From Nemertoderma westbladi (taxonomy: Eukaryota > Animalia > Xenacoelomorpha): a stretch of 64,000 bases of DNA. The position numbers and the translations under genes are program-made. The first letter of the stretch is position 1. Each line of letters starts with the position of its first letter. Below are positions 22,444-32,529 of the stretch, piece by piece. The notes below the pieces were generated by a model. It had not been told where the DNA came from and did no database searches. It worked only from the letters and a program-made list of their open reading frames with translations. The stretch lies in contig JAUCBJ010000759.1 in NCBI GenBank assembly GCA_032718475.1, positions 1-64,000 of the forward strand. Reading direction: 5' to 3'.

Positions 22444-25400
22444 ATGTCTGATACTAAACAGAACCTGTCAGACAGTTTATTAGATGTAACTATCTGCGAC
22501 TCAGACAGAGGTGTAGAACCGTCTAGTCCTAAGTTCAGTTCACCTCCCACTGTGAGGAAGGTCATCCCTCCAGTAGTAATAACAGAACCTAGGCTGGTCC
22601 AACATCGTAGGTCTATCATAGGCACTCGAGCTCAGGTCAAGCGGGACCAAGAAGCAGCGGAACAGCAACAACCCGCGAGCCAAGAACTTATTTCTCAGCG
22701 GCCCGACAGCTCCAGTAGTGAAGATACTGTAGAACTGACACCCGAGCGCGGAGCAAGGATGACGGATGCGGTTTATTCGGATCCCCTTCTCATCCTTCCT
22801 GCAGCCGTACTCACTAGGTTATTGATCGCGGTGGAAGAACACCAGATCGATTGGGCGAGAAGTAAGCGATCAACTAAAGATCGATATGAGGGATACACAA
22901 GGGAAGAACTGAAGTCTATGGTCGAGTCACAATGGAACTTCCCCGGACCCGGACTCCCATTTGATTTATCAGAAGCTGCCTGGGAAGACATACACCGGAT
23001 GGGAGTAGCCAAGGAAACCATCGATCCAGCTGTGTGGAAGAGGTCCGCAGCCGGATACGCACAGGGATTCTTCAGCTCTATGGAGCGAGTAGAAAAACAA
23101 CTGTTTCAACAACCAAAGGGACCTCAAGAGCAGGGACAACTGCTTTATCAAGTTAGAGAAAGAATTCTGCGAATCAGGCTAATATTATCAGCCTTTGAAG
23201 AGGCTTCTAAAAGAAGACAAGACACGTCGTTGCAAGTTGCCGTAAAGACTTGGTTTCAACGGGTGAGTCGCCAGGTTCAAGGAACAGCTCAGTGGAAAGC
23301 TCAGCTGGAGGAGCGCTCAACCCATGGAGAATCAACGGACGCTACTTTTTCCCAAGTGGAAAGTGAAGCGACGGCAGAGAAACCGCATAAGAGGGATGCC
23401 ATTGACATCTATCTGTCAGACTATCAGCGTTTTTTGGGAGATGAAGAGTTGAGGAGAAGGTTAGCGGGACTTAGTCCTAATAGTGAAGGAGCCCAGCGTG
23501 TGTTGGATGCAATTGATGTGGATAGGTTAGCGGCGAACCAAGCTAAATTCGATGAACAACTCCGCATCGCCAAGGTTCAAGAAGAACAAGTAAAGAAAAA
23601 ACGTATAGAAGATAGAAAGACAGCAGCAGCGGCAGTGGCAGCGGCAGAAGCGGAACGAAAAGCGGCAGAAGTGGATAGAAAAGCGGCAGAGGCAGCGGCA
23701 GAGGCAAAAGCGGCAGCGGCAGAGGCAAAAGCGGCAGCTGCAGCAGTAGAAGCCGAAAGAAAGGCGGCCGAAGCGGAAAGAAAGGTGGCAGCAGCAGAAG
23801 CGGAAAGAAAGGCGGCCGAAGCGGAAAGAAAAATAGCAGTGGCAGAAGCAGAACGGAGGGCATCTGAAGAGACAACCCAACTAGAGTTGGAAAATCTTCA
23901 AGAGAGACAAGACAACGTTAATAAACAGTTAACAGCTAGTAATATGCAGATGATGAATCGATCTACTCCCAAACGACAAGGTTATACATCATCTGAGGAA
24001 GGCGATACCACCGACACTGAAGGCGGAGGAAATCGATCTCGCCTAAGCAGACGTAAAAGAACATTCCACCGTCAGAAATTGCCTGATTTGCCTCCAGCTG
24101 TTAGAAGGCAACTAAATAACACCAACTTAGCGAGTACAGAACCCACAGACCAAATAATTACAATAGAGAGACTCCCTACTATAGTAGATGAGCCTGAAAT
24201 AATTAGGCCTGTTCCCGAAGCTACTCTTTCGGTCGTAGAGACACCTGTACTCCCTGAACCTACCTCTCAATTCCCGTTGCACAGCACTAAGCTACCTGTG
24301 CCCAGCAGAACAGCCCATGAGACAGTTCATGCTCTGGACTCCGAGCGAAATATTCATGATTTGTCGCCCGTTGTCCCTCGTCCGCCCGCTACAACGTTGG
24401 CGGATCCCGTTTCGGCGGTTGATTGGGTGGACGAGAGACGGCGGGGGATGGACATTCTCCTCGGAAAGATGGAGGAGAATCAAATGCGCTCCTCCCAACA
24501 GGTCCGAGAGTTAGAAGGGACTGTTCAACAGTTAAAGGGAACCGTAAAGGAAAGTAGGTTAGAGTTGCAGGAAGTGCAGCAAAATATCGCGCTAGAACGT
24601 GATAAATTAGTAAATTTACAAAAGGGTATACCACCACCCCTTGTAACAATGTGTCAACCTGTTAGGTCTGAAGTATCTCATGCGCAAGGTGTGGAGCCTA
24701 CACGCATCTATACTGCTAGCGAAGTAGAAACTCCTATAGTGAACCCTATTAAGGGTAATTATAGACCTGTTGATAATGATATTCCCTATAGACCGGATCA
24801 TAATCCGAGAAATTTATATACCGATAACTCGATATTAAATAACACGATGGCCCAAGAAAGTTTTACGCGTCAAATGGCTAGAACCGAAGCCCGGCAAGCG
24901 GTAAAGGTGGGAGAAATCGTCAAGTTCAATGGAGATGAGATGAAATGGTTACCTTTTAATGAATATTACAAAGATAACATACAGAACTCTGTCCTATCTA
25001 ATGGAGAGAAACTTAGATTCCTCATCGAGTCCTTGGAAGGATCTCCCAAGTTAATGGCGTTAAAGTTTATTGGACATCCAGACGGATTAAGACAAGTTTG
25101 GGATACACTAAACATCAGGTATGGTAATAGGAATAACATAGCTGGGTATTTGTATGCAAAGTTGGTAGCGCCCCGAAAGTTTATTAGCAGCGGAATTATA
25201 GAATTTTCCGATGAGATTCAGGAGATCTGTAGACAATTAGATTGGCTAGGTAAGTCTCATGAGTATCAGAATGCTATGGTTATTAGAGCAGTGGCTTCTA
25301 CTTTACCGAAGGGTGGAGTAGGTACACGCTGGGATAAGAAAGTGTTATATATGATGGAACAACAACGACGAGACCCTACCATGGCTGATCTCATGTCATT

Positions 25401-27501
25401 CCTAGATGGAGAAGTGAAATTACAGCTCCTGAAACTGTCCAGAGAGAAGACACCGGAAAACAAGGTAAGTGAAAAACCCGTCTCTAGGAGAAAGGTAACA
25501 CCAGTGTGTTATACCGAAGACGGCGAAAGCCAGACTTCTCAAGGAGAAGATAACGGGAAAGACACTGATAGATCTTATTACGTAAATAAAATGCCTAAAG
25601 ATCAGGTAAGTAAATTCAAGTCTCGAACAAATGACAGGAGAGAACAGGTAAGAAAAACTCCTCCTACGTCTCCCAAGAGAATTCATGTAAGAAAGCCCGA
25701 GGAAAGAACAAGTGTGCACCACACAGCACAGGTTAAAGTAAGTAACATCAAACCCAAATGTGTGCTGTGCGACGGGCCCCACCGCTTGAATATGTGCGAT
25801 GAATTCTTAAAGAAATCATTAAAAGAGAGACGGGAAGTCATGTGGGATAAGCGGTTGTGTTATAATTGCCTCAGACGAGGACACCAACGGCGAACCTGTT
25901 ACTCCGACGCAAGGTGTGCAAAGTGCGGTGCGAAACATCATATCTTGTTGCACACTGAATTCGAGCGAAATAGTCCGAGTCAGGTGAGTGATTCCGAACT
26001 ACATGTCCAATTCAGTGATGTGAACGACACTGATCAATCTGAGATGGAAGGATTCTATACGGACGAGTTCTCCGACGAAAACGAATCCTGTTACTTAATA
26101 AACACCACCGCAGTGTATCGAGCACTCATGTATGAGAAAGACACAGACAGCGACCTCACCCTAACTACTTCAGATCAACAACAATCTTGGAAAGCGCCAA
26201 CTTCAAATGTAGGAATCCGAGAATTTCCTGTAGTCCAGTTACGGGTCCACGGACCTCAGAAGAGCTATATAGTGAACGCCCTCCTGGACTCCGGCAGCAC
26301 AGGAACATTCATCGATAAAGAACTAGCCGAAGACATCTTTGCTGGACAACCCAAGTTCCGAACCAAGCTAAACATGTCAGGGATCATGCAGGTTTGGAAA
26401 TCTGCTGTGGCTGCCGACTATTATATAGGTGAGTTGTCCACTCCACAGGATAAACTAGGAGAACACAGCATAAGGTCAGTCAAAATGGTGGCAATAAAGA
26501 ACTTCGCTACCACCCAAGTGGAACCTTATAATTGGGACGAAGATGATCATGCCCAACAACTTAACATTCCTAGATTCGACACTGATTATCCTGGAGTACA
26601 AATATTAATCGGTCAAAACGCGCATGAGGCGCTGGAGACATTGGAGAAACGACCTGCTCAACCGCAACCACTTCAGACCTATGCGGTAAGAACTAGAGTA
26701 GGTTGGTACCTTACTGGACCTTCCCGAAGAACGCTCAGAGAAAGACTGCTTCAAGATCGCGTCTGCCAGGTGAGTGAATGGGAAGATGATACTAGTGAGG
26801 GAGACGACCCAACTGAGGGAACACCATACTCCTCAGATAATGACGATATTAGCTCCAATGTAGATCAATGGAGATATTGCCCCACGAAGTTTAATCCAAC
26901 TGACATCGCTTCCAGAGGAGCAACTCCACAAGAACTGACAGATACTACAGACCGGTTAGGTGAACCCGACTTCCTGAGTAAGGAGGATGAATGGCCTCCC
27001 CCCCATCTTACTCCGACTGAGATTAGACCAGCCAAGGGAGCGGAGAAAGTCAAACCTAAAACCCGGACGGGTGGATCAGAGTTATTTGAACCCGGGATAG
27101 ATCTGTCGGTATTACATATTGCCAGGGACGACGCCGTGGATCTGGACCTCCCCACCGCGAGTGGATCCTTCATGAAGATCAGAGAGAGCGATTGGAGCTC
27201 TGGAACATCAGACGTCTCGCAGGGACTCTCACCTCTCCTGCAGGGAGCGATGGACCACTATAGCTCCTGGAATCGGCTTTGTAAGGCCGTCGTGTACCTA
27301 GAGCGATGTTTCTATCGTCACTATTCCAGGACGAAGAGGAAACCTGGAATTGTATTCGGGATGCAGCGACTCAATCACCCAGTCGGTCGTTTGTGTTTAC
27401 CGGAAGGGAATGGAGGACTCTCCGGAAACTGTGGAAGGCAAGATTCTCTTCCCACGACCACCTCCCTAATCCTTCAAACATCTAGGGACTCCATAACGTA
27501 A
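22444..27501 (+). CDS. gag: BEL/Pao Gag-protease polyprotein lacking RT, RNase H core and integrase (element B2)
   Basis: Coiled-coil N-terminus; capsid region; knuckles CVLCDGPHRLNMC, CYNCLRRGHQRRTC and CAKCGAKHHILLH; protease ALLDSGS...ILIG...AVRTRVGWYLTGP. Then jumps to the Pao RNase H tail QWRYCPTKFNPTDIASRG and linker YSSWNRLCKAVVYL. No YxDD or DDE motif. Confidence 0.93.
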   Translation: MSDTKQNLSDSLLDVTICDSDRGVEPSSPKFSSPPTVRKVIPPVVITEPRLVQHRRSIIGTRAQVKRDQEAAEQQQPASQELISQRPDSSSSEDTVELTPERGARMTDAVYSDPLLILPAAVLTRLLIAVEEHQIDWARSKRSTKDRYEGYTREELKSMVESQWNFPGPGLPFDLSEAAWEDIHRMGVAKETIDPAVWKRSAAGYAQGFFSSMERVEKQLFQQPKGPQEQGQLLYQVRERILRIRLILSAFEEASKRRQDTSLQVAVKTWFQRVSRQVQGTAQWKAQLEERSTHGESTDATFSQVESEATAEKPHKRDAIDIYLSDYQRFLGDEELRRRLAGLSPNSEGAQRVLDAIDVDRLAANQAKFDEQLRIAKVQEEQVKKKRIEDRKTAAAAVAAAEAERKAAEVDRKAAEAAAEAKAAAAEAKAAAAAVEAERKAAEAERKVAAAEAERKAAEAERKIAVAEAERRASEETTQLELENLQERQDNVNKQLTASNMQMMNRSTPKRQGYTSSEEGDTTDTEGGGNRSRLSRRKRTFHRQKLPDLPPAVRRQLNNTNLASTEPTDQIITIERLPTIVDEPEIIRPVPEATLSVVETPVLPEPTSQFPLHSTKLPVPSRTAHETVHALDSERNIHDLSPVVPRPPATTLADPVSAVDWVDERRRGMDILLGKMEENQMRSSQQVRELEGTVQQLKGTVKESRLELQEVQQNIALERDKLVNLQKGIPPPLVTMCQPVRSEVSHAQGVEPTRIYTASEVETPIVNPIKGNYRPVDNDIPYRPDHNPRNLYTDNSILNNTMAQESFTRQMARTEARQAVKVGEIVKFNGDEMKWLPFNEYYKDNIQNSVLSNGEKLRFLIESLEGSPKLMALKFIGHPDGLRQVWDTLNIRYGNRNNIAGYLYAKLVAPRKFISSGIIEFSDEIQEICRQLDWLGKSHEYQNAMVIRAVASTLPKGGVGTRWDKKVLYMMEQQRRDPTMADLMSFLDGEVKLQLLKLSREKTPENKVSEKPVSRRKVTPVCYTEDGESQTSQGEDNGKDTDRSYYVNKMPKDQVSKFKSRTNDRREQVRKTPPTSPKRIHVRKPEERTSVHHTAQVKVSNIKPKCVLCDGPHRLNMCDEFLKKSLKERREVMWDKRLCYNCLRRGHQRRTCYSDARCAKCGAKHHILLHTEFERNSPSQVSDSELHVQFSDVNDTDQSEMEGFYTDEFSDENESCYLINTTAVYRALMYEKDTDSDLTLTTSDQQQSWKAPTSNVGIREFPVVQLRVHGPQKSYIVNALLDSGSTGTFIDKELAEDIFAGQPKFRTKLNMSGIMQVWKSAVAADYYIGELSTPQDKLGEHSIRSVKMVAIKNFATTQVEPYNWDEDDHAQQLNIPRFDTDYPGVQILIGQNAHEALETLEKRPAQPQPLQTYAVRTRVGWYLTGPSRRTLRERLLQDRVCQVSEWEDDTSEGDDPTEGTPYSSDNDDISSNVDQWRYCPTKFNPTDIASRGATPQELTDTTDRLGEPDFLSKEDEWPPPHLTPTEIRPAKGAEKVKPKTRTGGSELFEPGIDLSVLHIARDDAVDLDLPTASGSFMKIRESDWSSGTSDVSQGLSPLLQGAMDHYSSWNRLCKAVVYLERCFYRHYSRTKRKPGIVFGMQRLNHPVGRLCLPEGNGGLSGNCGRQDSLPTTTSLILQTSRDSIT

Positions 27502-29109
27502 CAACATATGGAGTGGGTGTGTGACTCTATTATTTTGTATTTGTTTTATTTTTATATTTATGTATGTATTATTATGTAATTTTATTTTAATCGTTTTATT
27601 TAATTTTATTTAGTAGTAGGGTATTTTAGAGATTATTTAGTAGATTAGTGCAATATATATGCGCGTTTATTATTTAATTACGTATATTATATATTTAGTG
27701 CGACGGCGAGAAATAATTCTTTTTCTCTTTCCTTACTGCCCGTATTATATTATAAATACGTGACTACAGTAAGATGAAATGTCCGTACTTATTAAAGTAC
27801 AATAAAGCCTCTACTATATTTAAGTATTATTGGTAGGCAGAGTATTAGGAATGCAAAGTTCAGATCCTCGTGTCTCGGCTAAACCAAGCTCTGGGTAGAC
27901 CTTGGAAACGACTTGCCTCTTCACACTGACATTGCTTCGTGCGATATTGCTCTCATACCGTATATTAAATAATACATATAGTAGCGTGATGTCCCTTTAA
28001 CAGTAGCGTATAACGCAAAATAAATCTGTTAAACCCTTTGACCATCTGTAATTCTAGTCGATTAAGATATCGCGGCACCCACCGATATACTTGAAAGACA
28101 AAATTCTAGAATCAGTGGTTAACGTCCCCAGACAAGTTCTGGAATATACTGGTGCCCATCCTAAATATTAATTATTAATATTTACAAAAATCTGTCAAAT
28201 ATCAGATCCTTTAAAATTCTAGTCGATTAAGATATCGTAGCACTTACCGATACTCTTAAAAGGACAAAATTCCTAGAATTAAGGATCCTATGTCCCCAGA
28301 CCTGCTCTGGAATCAAATTGTGTCAATTTAACATTAAATAATAAAATTTACGGGAATAAATTTAAATTCATATATTTTAATGAATTTAATAAATTGCAAT
28401 TTATACAATTTATAACATTCCCAAAATTCCATTAATTAATAGATCATGGGAGCGGAGATTCACTCTATTAAGTGTATTTGTGTGCGAGAATCTCCAATGT
28501 ATAGTCAATAGCCGATAAAATTCATAGAATCATGTATAAAGGGGATATTGACCATTAAAGAATTACTATTAAATAGCATCCCAGATCTGTATGCATGAGA
28601 ATTACCCTAATTCTACCGCTAGCTTTCCATAATGTCACCATGGCAACAACCATGCTAGAATTAGAAGTGAGTTAAAAGAACAATAAAGGGCTTGCGTATT
28701 GAATAACATACGGAATAAATAGCACACCGCTAGTATCCAAGGATACATAATAACAACGTGACATTCTGGAAGGCACTTGACTAACGGACAAATGACCCGA
28801 ATGTGTGATAGAATGTGTACCATTTGTGACTGTTACGTGGAATTTGTGCGTTTGTAGGTGAATGTTACTACTAAGGTGTGTTTACAGTAGCGAGTCGCAA
28901 TTGTGAAAGTAACCCTAACTCTCCAGTAAGAACCTGAAGTATATCTAAGCCTTTGGGAGGGACGGTGGAGTGGCTCGTGCTGGTTGTTGTGGTCGTTGTG
29001 CAGCTACGACGTTGGCGATAGGCACATCGGCGAAAGTACACCAGCGCTGAGGATCTCGCACTGTCCGGGGGCAGAGAGGGGTAGGCAGCGACGCCCGCTC
29101 GCCTAAATA

Positions 29110-30640
29110 TGAACTCATTATAATATGGATAAACTTATATAGCAGATATGATTGAGTTGATAGAAGATGATCTTGGTATCAGGGAGCGATATACTCTACC
29201 TTTACAAGCGTTTGTTGATAGCTTGATACGCGGCGACGCTGGTCCAACTACTACGGAGGACGATGTCGTTATATCTAACCGCCAATCTCCCGGGAGCAAC
29301 TTGCGCGTGGGTTGGACTGTAGAAAATTTACCGCTCGCTATACGCATCGTAATGGTATGTATATGGACTTCTTAACTACTGGTCATCCTATCGACCTACA
29401 CGATACGAACGATATAGACACCAAAGGGAAATGGTTTATTTAAATATCATACCCAGCGGAAGCGGAACGACGAACTGAGACTCGAACACGAAAATTCTAT
29501 TCGAAACCGACTCGAAAGTGCAGATGTCGAAGAGCCGGATAAACGCAGCGACTTCACCAAATACCTGGAATTCTTGAGAGAAACCTATCTCGATATTACC
29601 AGTCAACAGAATCTAGAAACTCGATATCCTCAAGGTATACATCATGACCGCATGGTAGGACTCAAACGGCTCTATTCCACTATGATGTATCTTACCGCCG
29701 ATCGATCGCTACCTGTTGTACCGGATAGCTTCGAACGGATGGAGGAATATTGTAAGCTGGAGAAAGATCACTCGCGTTTCCCCTACAAGACGTGCGTTTT
29801 GGTATTATTGCGATGAATGCCCAAGACCCAACCAACAAACGGAAAGACATAAACATCCGCGGAGACGTTGCTTTAAACACGGTTTTACTCGCTATACTTA
29901 CGGGAGTTTCGAGCGAAACTTGTTTGATGTATCCCCTACGCTCGTTCGACTTAGACGATCCTTAAATAAACCTATGATCAGAGTTTCGGAATACTCGATC
30001 AGAACTCCTCATTCCCTAGTGAGACTTCAGATTCTTGATCCTATTAGTATGACGGATCCTCCCGAGCTGTACTCACTGTTCAAAGATCTAGTGTTACCTG
30101 AACAATTAGTCTGTGGCACCCGGTTGTGGGCTTCCTAGATATTAGCCCATCCTACCTAGCCGGATTGGGACGCGGACATTTAATATCGCCGTTTAACCCT
30201 TACCATCGTCCCGGCTTAACACGATATAACCTGTCACTAAAGTGGCGGAGAACGTTGTACCAAACGAGTTAAACGCTATTCTACAAAGATCAGAAAGGAA
30301 ACCTGCGTTTGTTCAGATAAACGTAAGTTGTAACAGCAAGTCCAAGCGATAAACGAATTGTCTTTATCTCAGTTCGATTGTGAAATCCAGAATCTCTAAG
30401 AAGATATCGAACTTAGACAACCCCATTCTCTGCGAGAGTTTTTGGATGAACGTATCCAGCTACGAGCGGAGGAAAATCAGCTCGAGGAGAAGCATATCGA
30501 AATGGCGGATACCCCGACCATAATCCTACACCTTCTGATGCAACCATATTGCACCCTTCACCCAGGATTTATAGCCCTCCTAGTAAAGTGGCTCGCCCCA
30601 AAGAGAAAAGGACTCTTGCTAGCCTCAAAAACTGCGTAAA
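29110..30640 (+). pseudogene. Fragmented extra ORF region of unknown product in the 3' part of the element (copy at ~17620-19230)
   Basis: Chain of overlapping short plus-strand ORFs (29148-29375, ~29418-29816, 29716-30138, 30442-30639) with coding-like composition; no recognised domain. Confidence 0.4.
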
Positions 30641-30742
30641 CGCCGTCTGCGTAAGAAAGACTAACTGTTTAGAGTATCTTTATATTTTAGAAACTGTGAT
30701 TTGTTATATTTTATAGACTTAAATCCCATTTTCTGGGAGCGG

Positions 30743-31908
30743 TGTAAAAGCTTTTGCGTCATTAACCGGTTATTTTCCCTTAAAGTACTCTGTAGTTGGT
30801 TTGCCAGGCATAAAAAGGCCGTGTCCTTGCTGTACTGGTGTTTTAGAGGACATAAAAGTCATTTCTTCTGTATTTGTACTGTATTTGTACTTTAGAGGAC
30901 ATAATCCACAATCTCGTGACGCGATAAGCTGGATACTCTTGAAAACAGTGTCGCTACCATGAAGACGGCTAACAGCTGATATTGCCACGTCGACGTTTCT
31001 TTGTTTCTTTGTTCTCTCGTTGTTCGGTTGACCAATCAGAGCGTTTTTTGTCTCTGTGTTGGAGGTGTGTACAGAACTCAGTAGTTCAGTGTTATGTTTT
31101 TGCCCAGAGCCTAAGAACCGGCTTTTGGCACCTCCGTGTTTTCAGTCTTTAGTCTTACATTAGTAGGCTCAATTATAGAACGTATATCTGTTATCACGAG
31201 TTACACAAGTTAACTCATTCACTTAATAATCATTTATACATTAATATTACTGCTTTTACTGTCGGTTATTCATTATATTGGTTGATGAAATATTATATCG
31301 GAATACTGATCAATAGTCAGACACCCCACCTTCTTGATATACTAAAGGTTAGAGAGACCGGTTACAGATAAACGATTGCGACCTATGTTGAGTGGTTTGA
31401 AGTGAATCTAATGCTATTTCATATGCCCAACATAAATTGTCTGTTGCTCTCTTTATACGTGACCAAATTTAGTGAAGGTCGGCAGATTAGTGTGCAGTAT
31501 TGTGCAGCATTGTGTATGAGTGTAACTGATAACAAAACATCTCCTAAAGAATGTGCCATATACGTGAATCTATAGCCTTTTCGTTGTGTCTAGTTTAAGT
31601 CATAACTCTGTTTATATATTTAGAGCGCCACGTCCTAAAGGAACTGTTAATATTTCCCGAAAGTGAATAATATTTGTCAGAGATTATATATTACGATCAG
31701 TCGAATAATACAGTATGCTTACACCATCAATCATTAAGCCCCGAACTCAGTCTCCCGGGTATATCCAACGGGTGAATGATTGCGCATAGACTGGCTTCGG
31801 CTAATGTAGTGTATCAAATACTCGTCATAGGCTAAAGACTATCTATCATCCAAAAGACATTCTAATTTTGGCAGGTTAAACTGTCAAAGGTCTTTAAAAG
31901 CGCAAACA
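30743..31908 (+). repeat. 3' LTR of element B2 (1166 bp)
   Basis: TG...CA; differs from 19256-20430 by a few substitutions, a 1-bp insertion and a 10-bp deletion. Confidence 0.93.
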
Positions 31909-32529
31909 CAACCGGAGGGCGGCCGTCAGCTACGAGGGAGAGAGAAAGACGAGTCGACGCACGATGATGACGGCGGTCGGAGTACCGAAGTCGCCGGCCA
32001 GCCACAGGCCAAGGTCGATGGACGGCCCACAGGAACGGCGATGGTGGGGCCGCCGGTACGACGCCGGACGAGGAGGGAAGGTAGAGTCAACGAAGAGGAC
32101 GTCGGGACAAGTGATCACCTATGATGGGTGTACAATGCCACCAGGAAACTACTCAAAGAGGCTAAGGAGGGGAGAAAGGTAGACCAGCCTAAACTATACC
32201 AGAGGCTAGCCGAGTCAAATAAACATTTCCGTTACTTAGTCCATTTTGGACAGGGAGAACTGGCGAGTGAGAGAGCGTGGGGGATCGCCACAGAACTGTT
32301 CGAACTGTGGTGGTCCGAGGTAATGGAGCCAGATGTAGTGTACATAGGGCCTTACTTAGTGGATGCTAGGGGAATTAAGTTAGTGGGATGGGCGGACCCG
32401 CACGACGGCGAATCTGAGGTTATCCCCAAGGATTTGGTGTAGTCGGTTAGTAAGAACCCCAGTAAACGGGGGAAAGTTAGTAGGACAGAGAGGCGACGGG
32501 AGTCCATCGCGACCGATAAGTCCGTAATT

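Larger units (their letters stand above)
12990..31908 (+). mobile_element. Tandem non-autonomous BEL/Pao elements sharing a central LTR: internal B1 (12990-19255), LTR, internal B2 (20431-30742), LTR
   Basis: 12990-20430 is repeated at 24463-31908. A purine tract GGGAGCGG precedes each LTR. Confidence 0.92.

Noticed and set aside
29110-30640. env gene
   Set aside because: No signal peptide, transmembrane anchor or glycoprotein-like cysteine pattern visible.
11591-31913. Target-site duplication around the tandem element
   Set aside because: Flanks CAAAG and CAACC match at only 3 of 5 positions.
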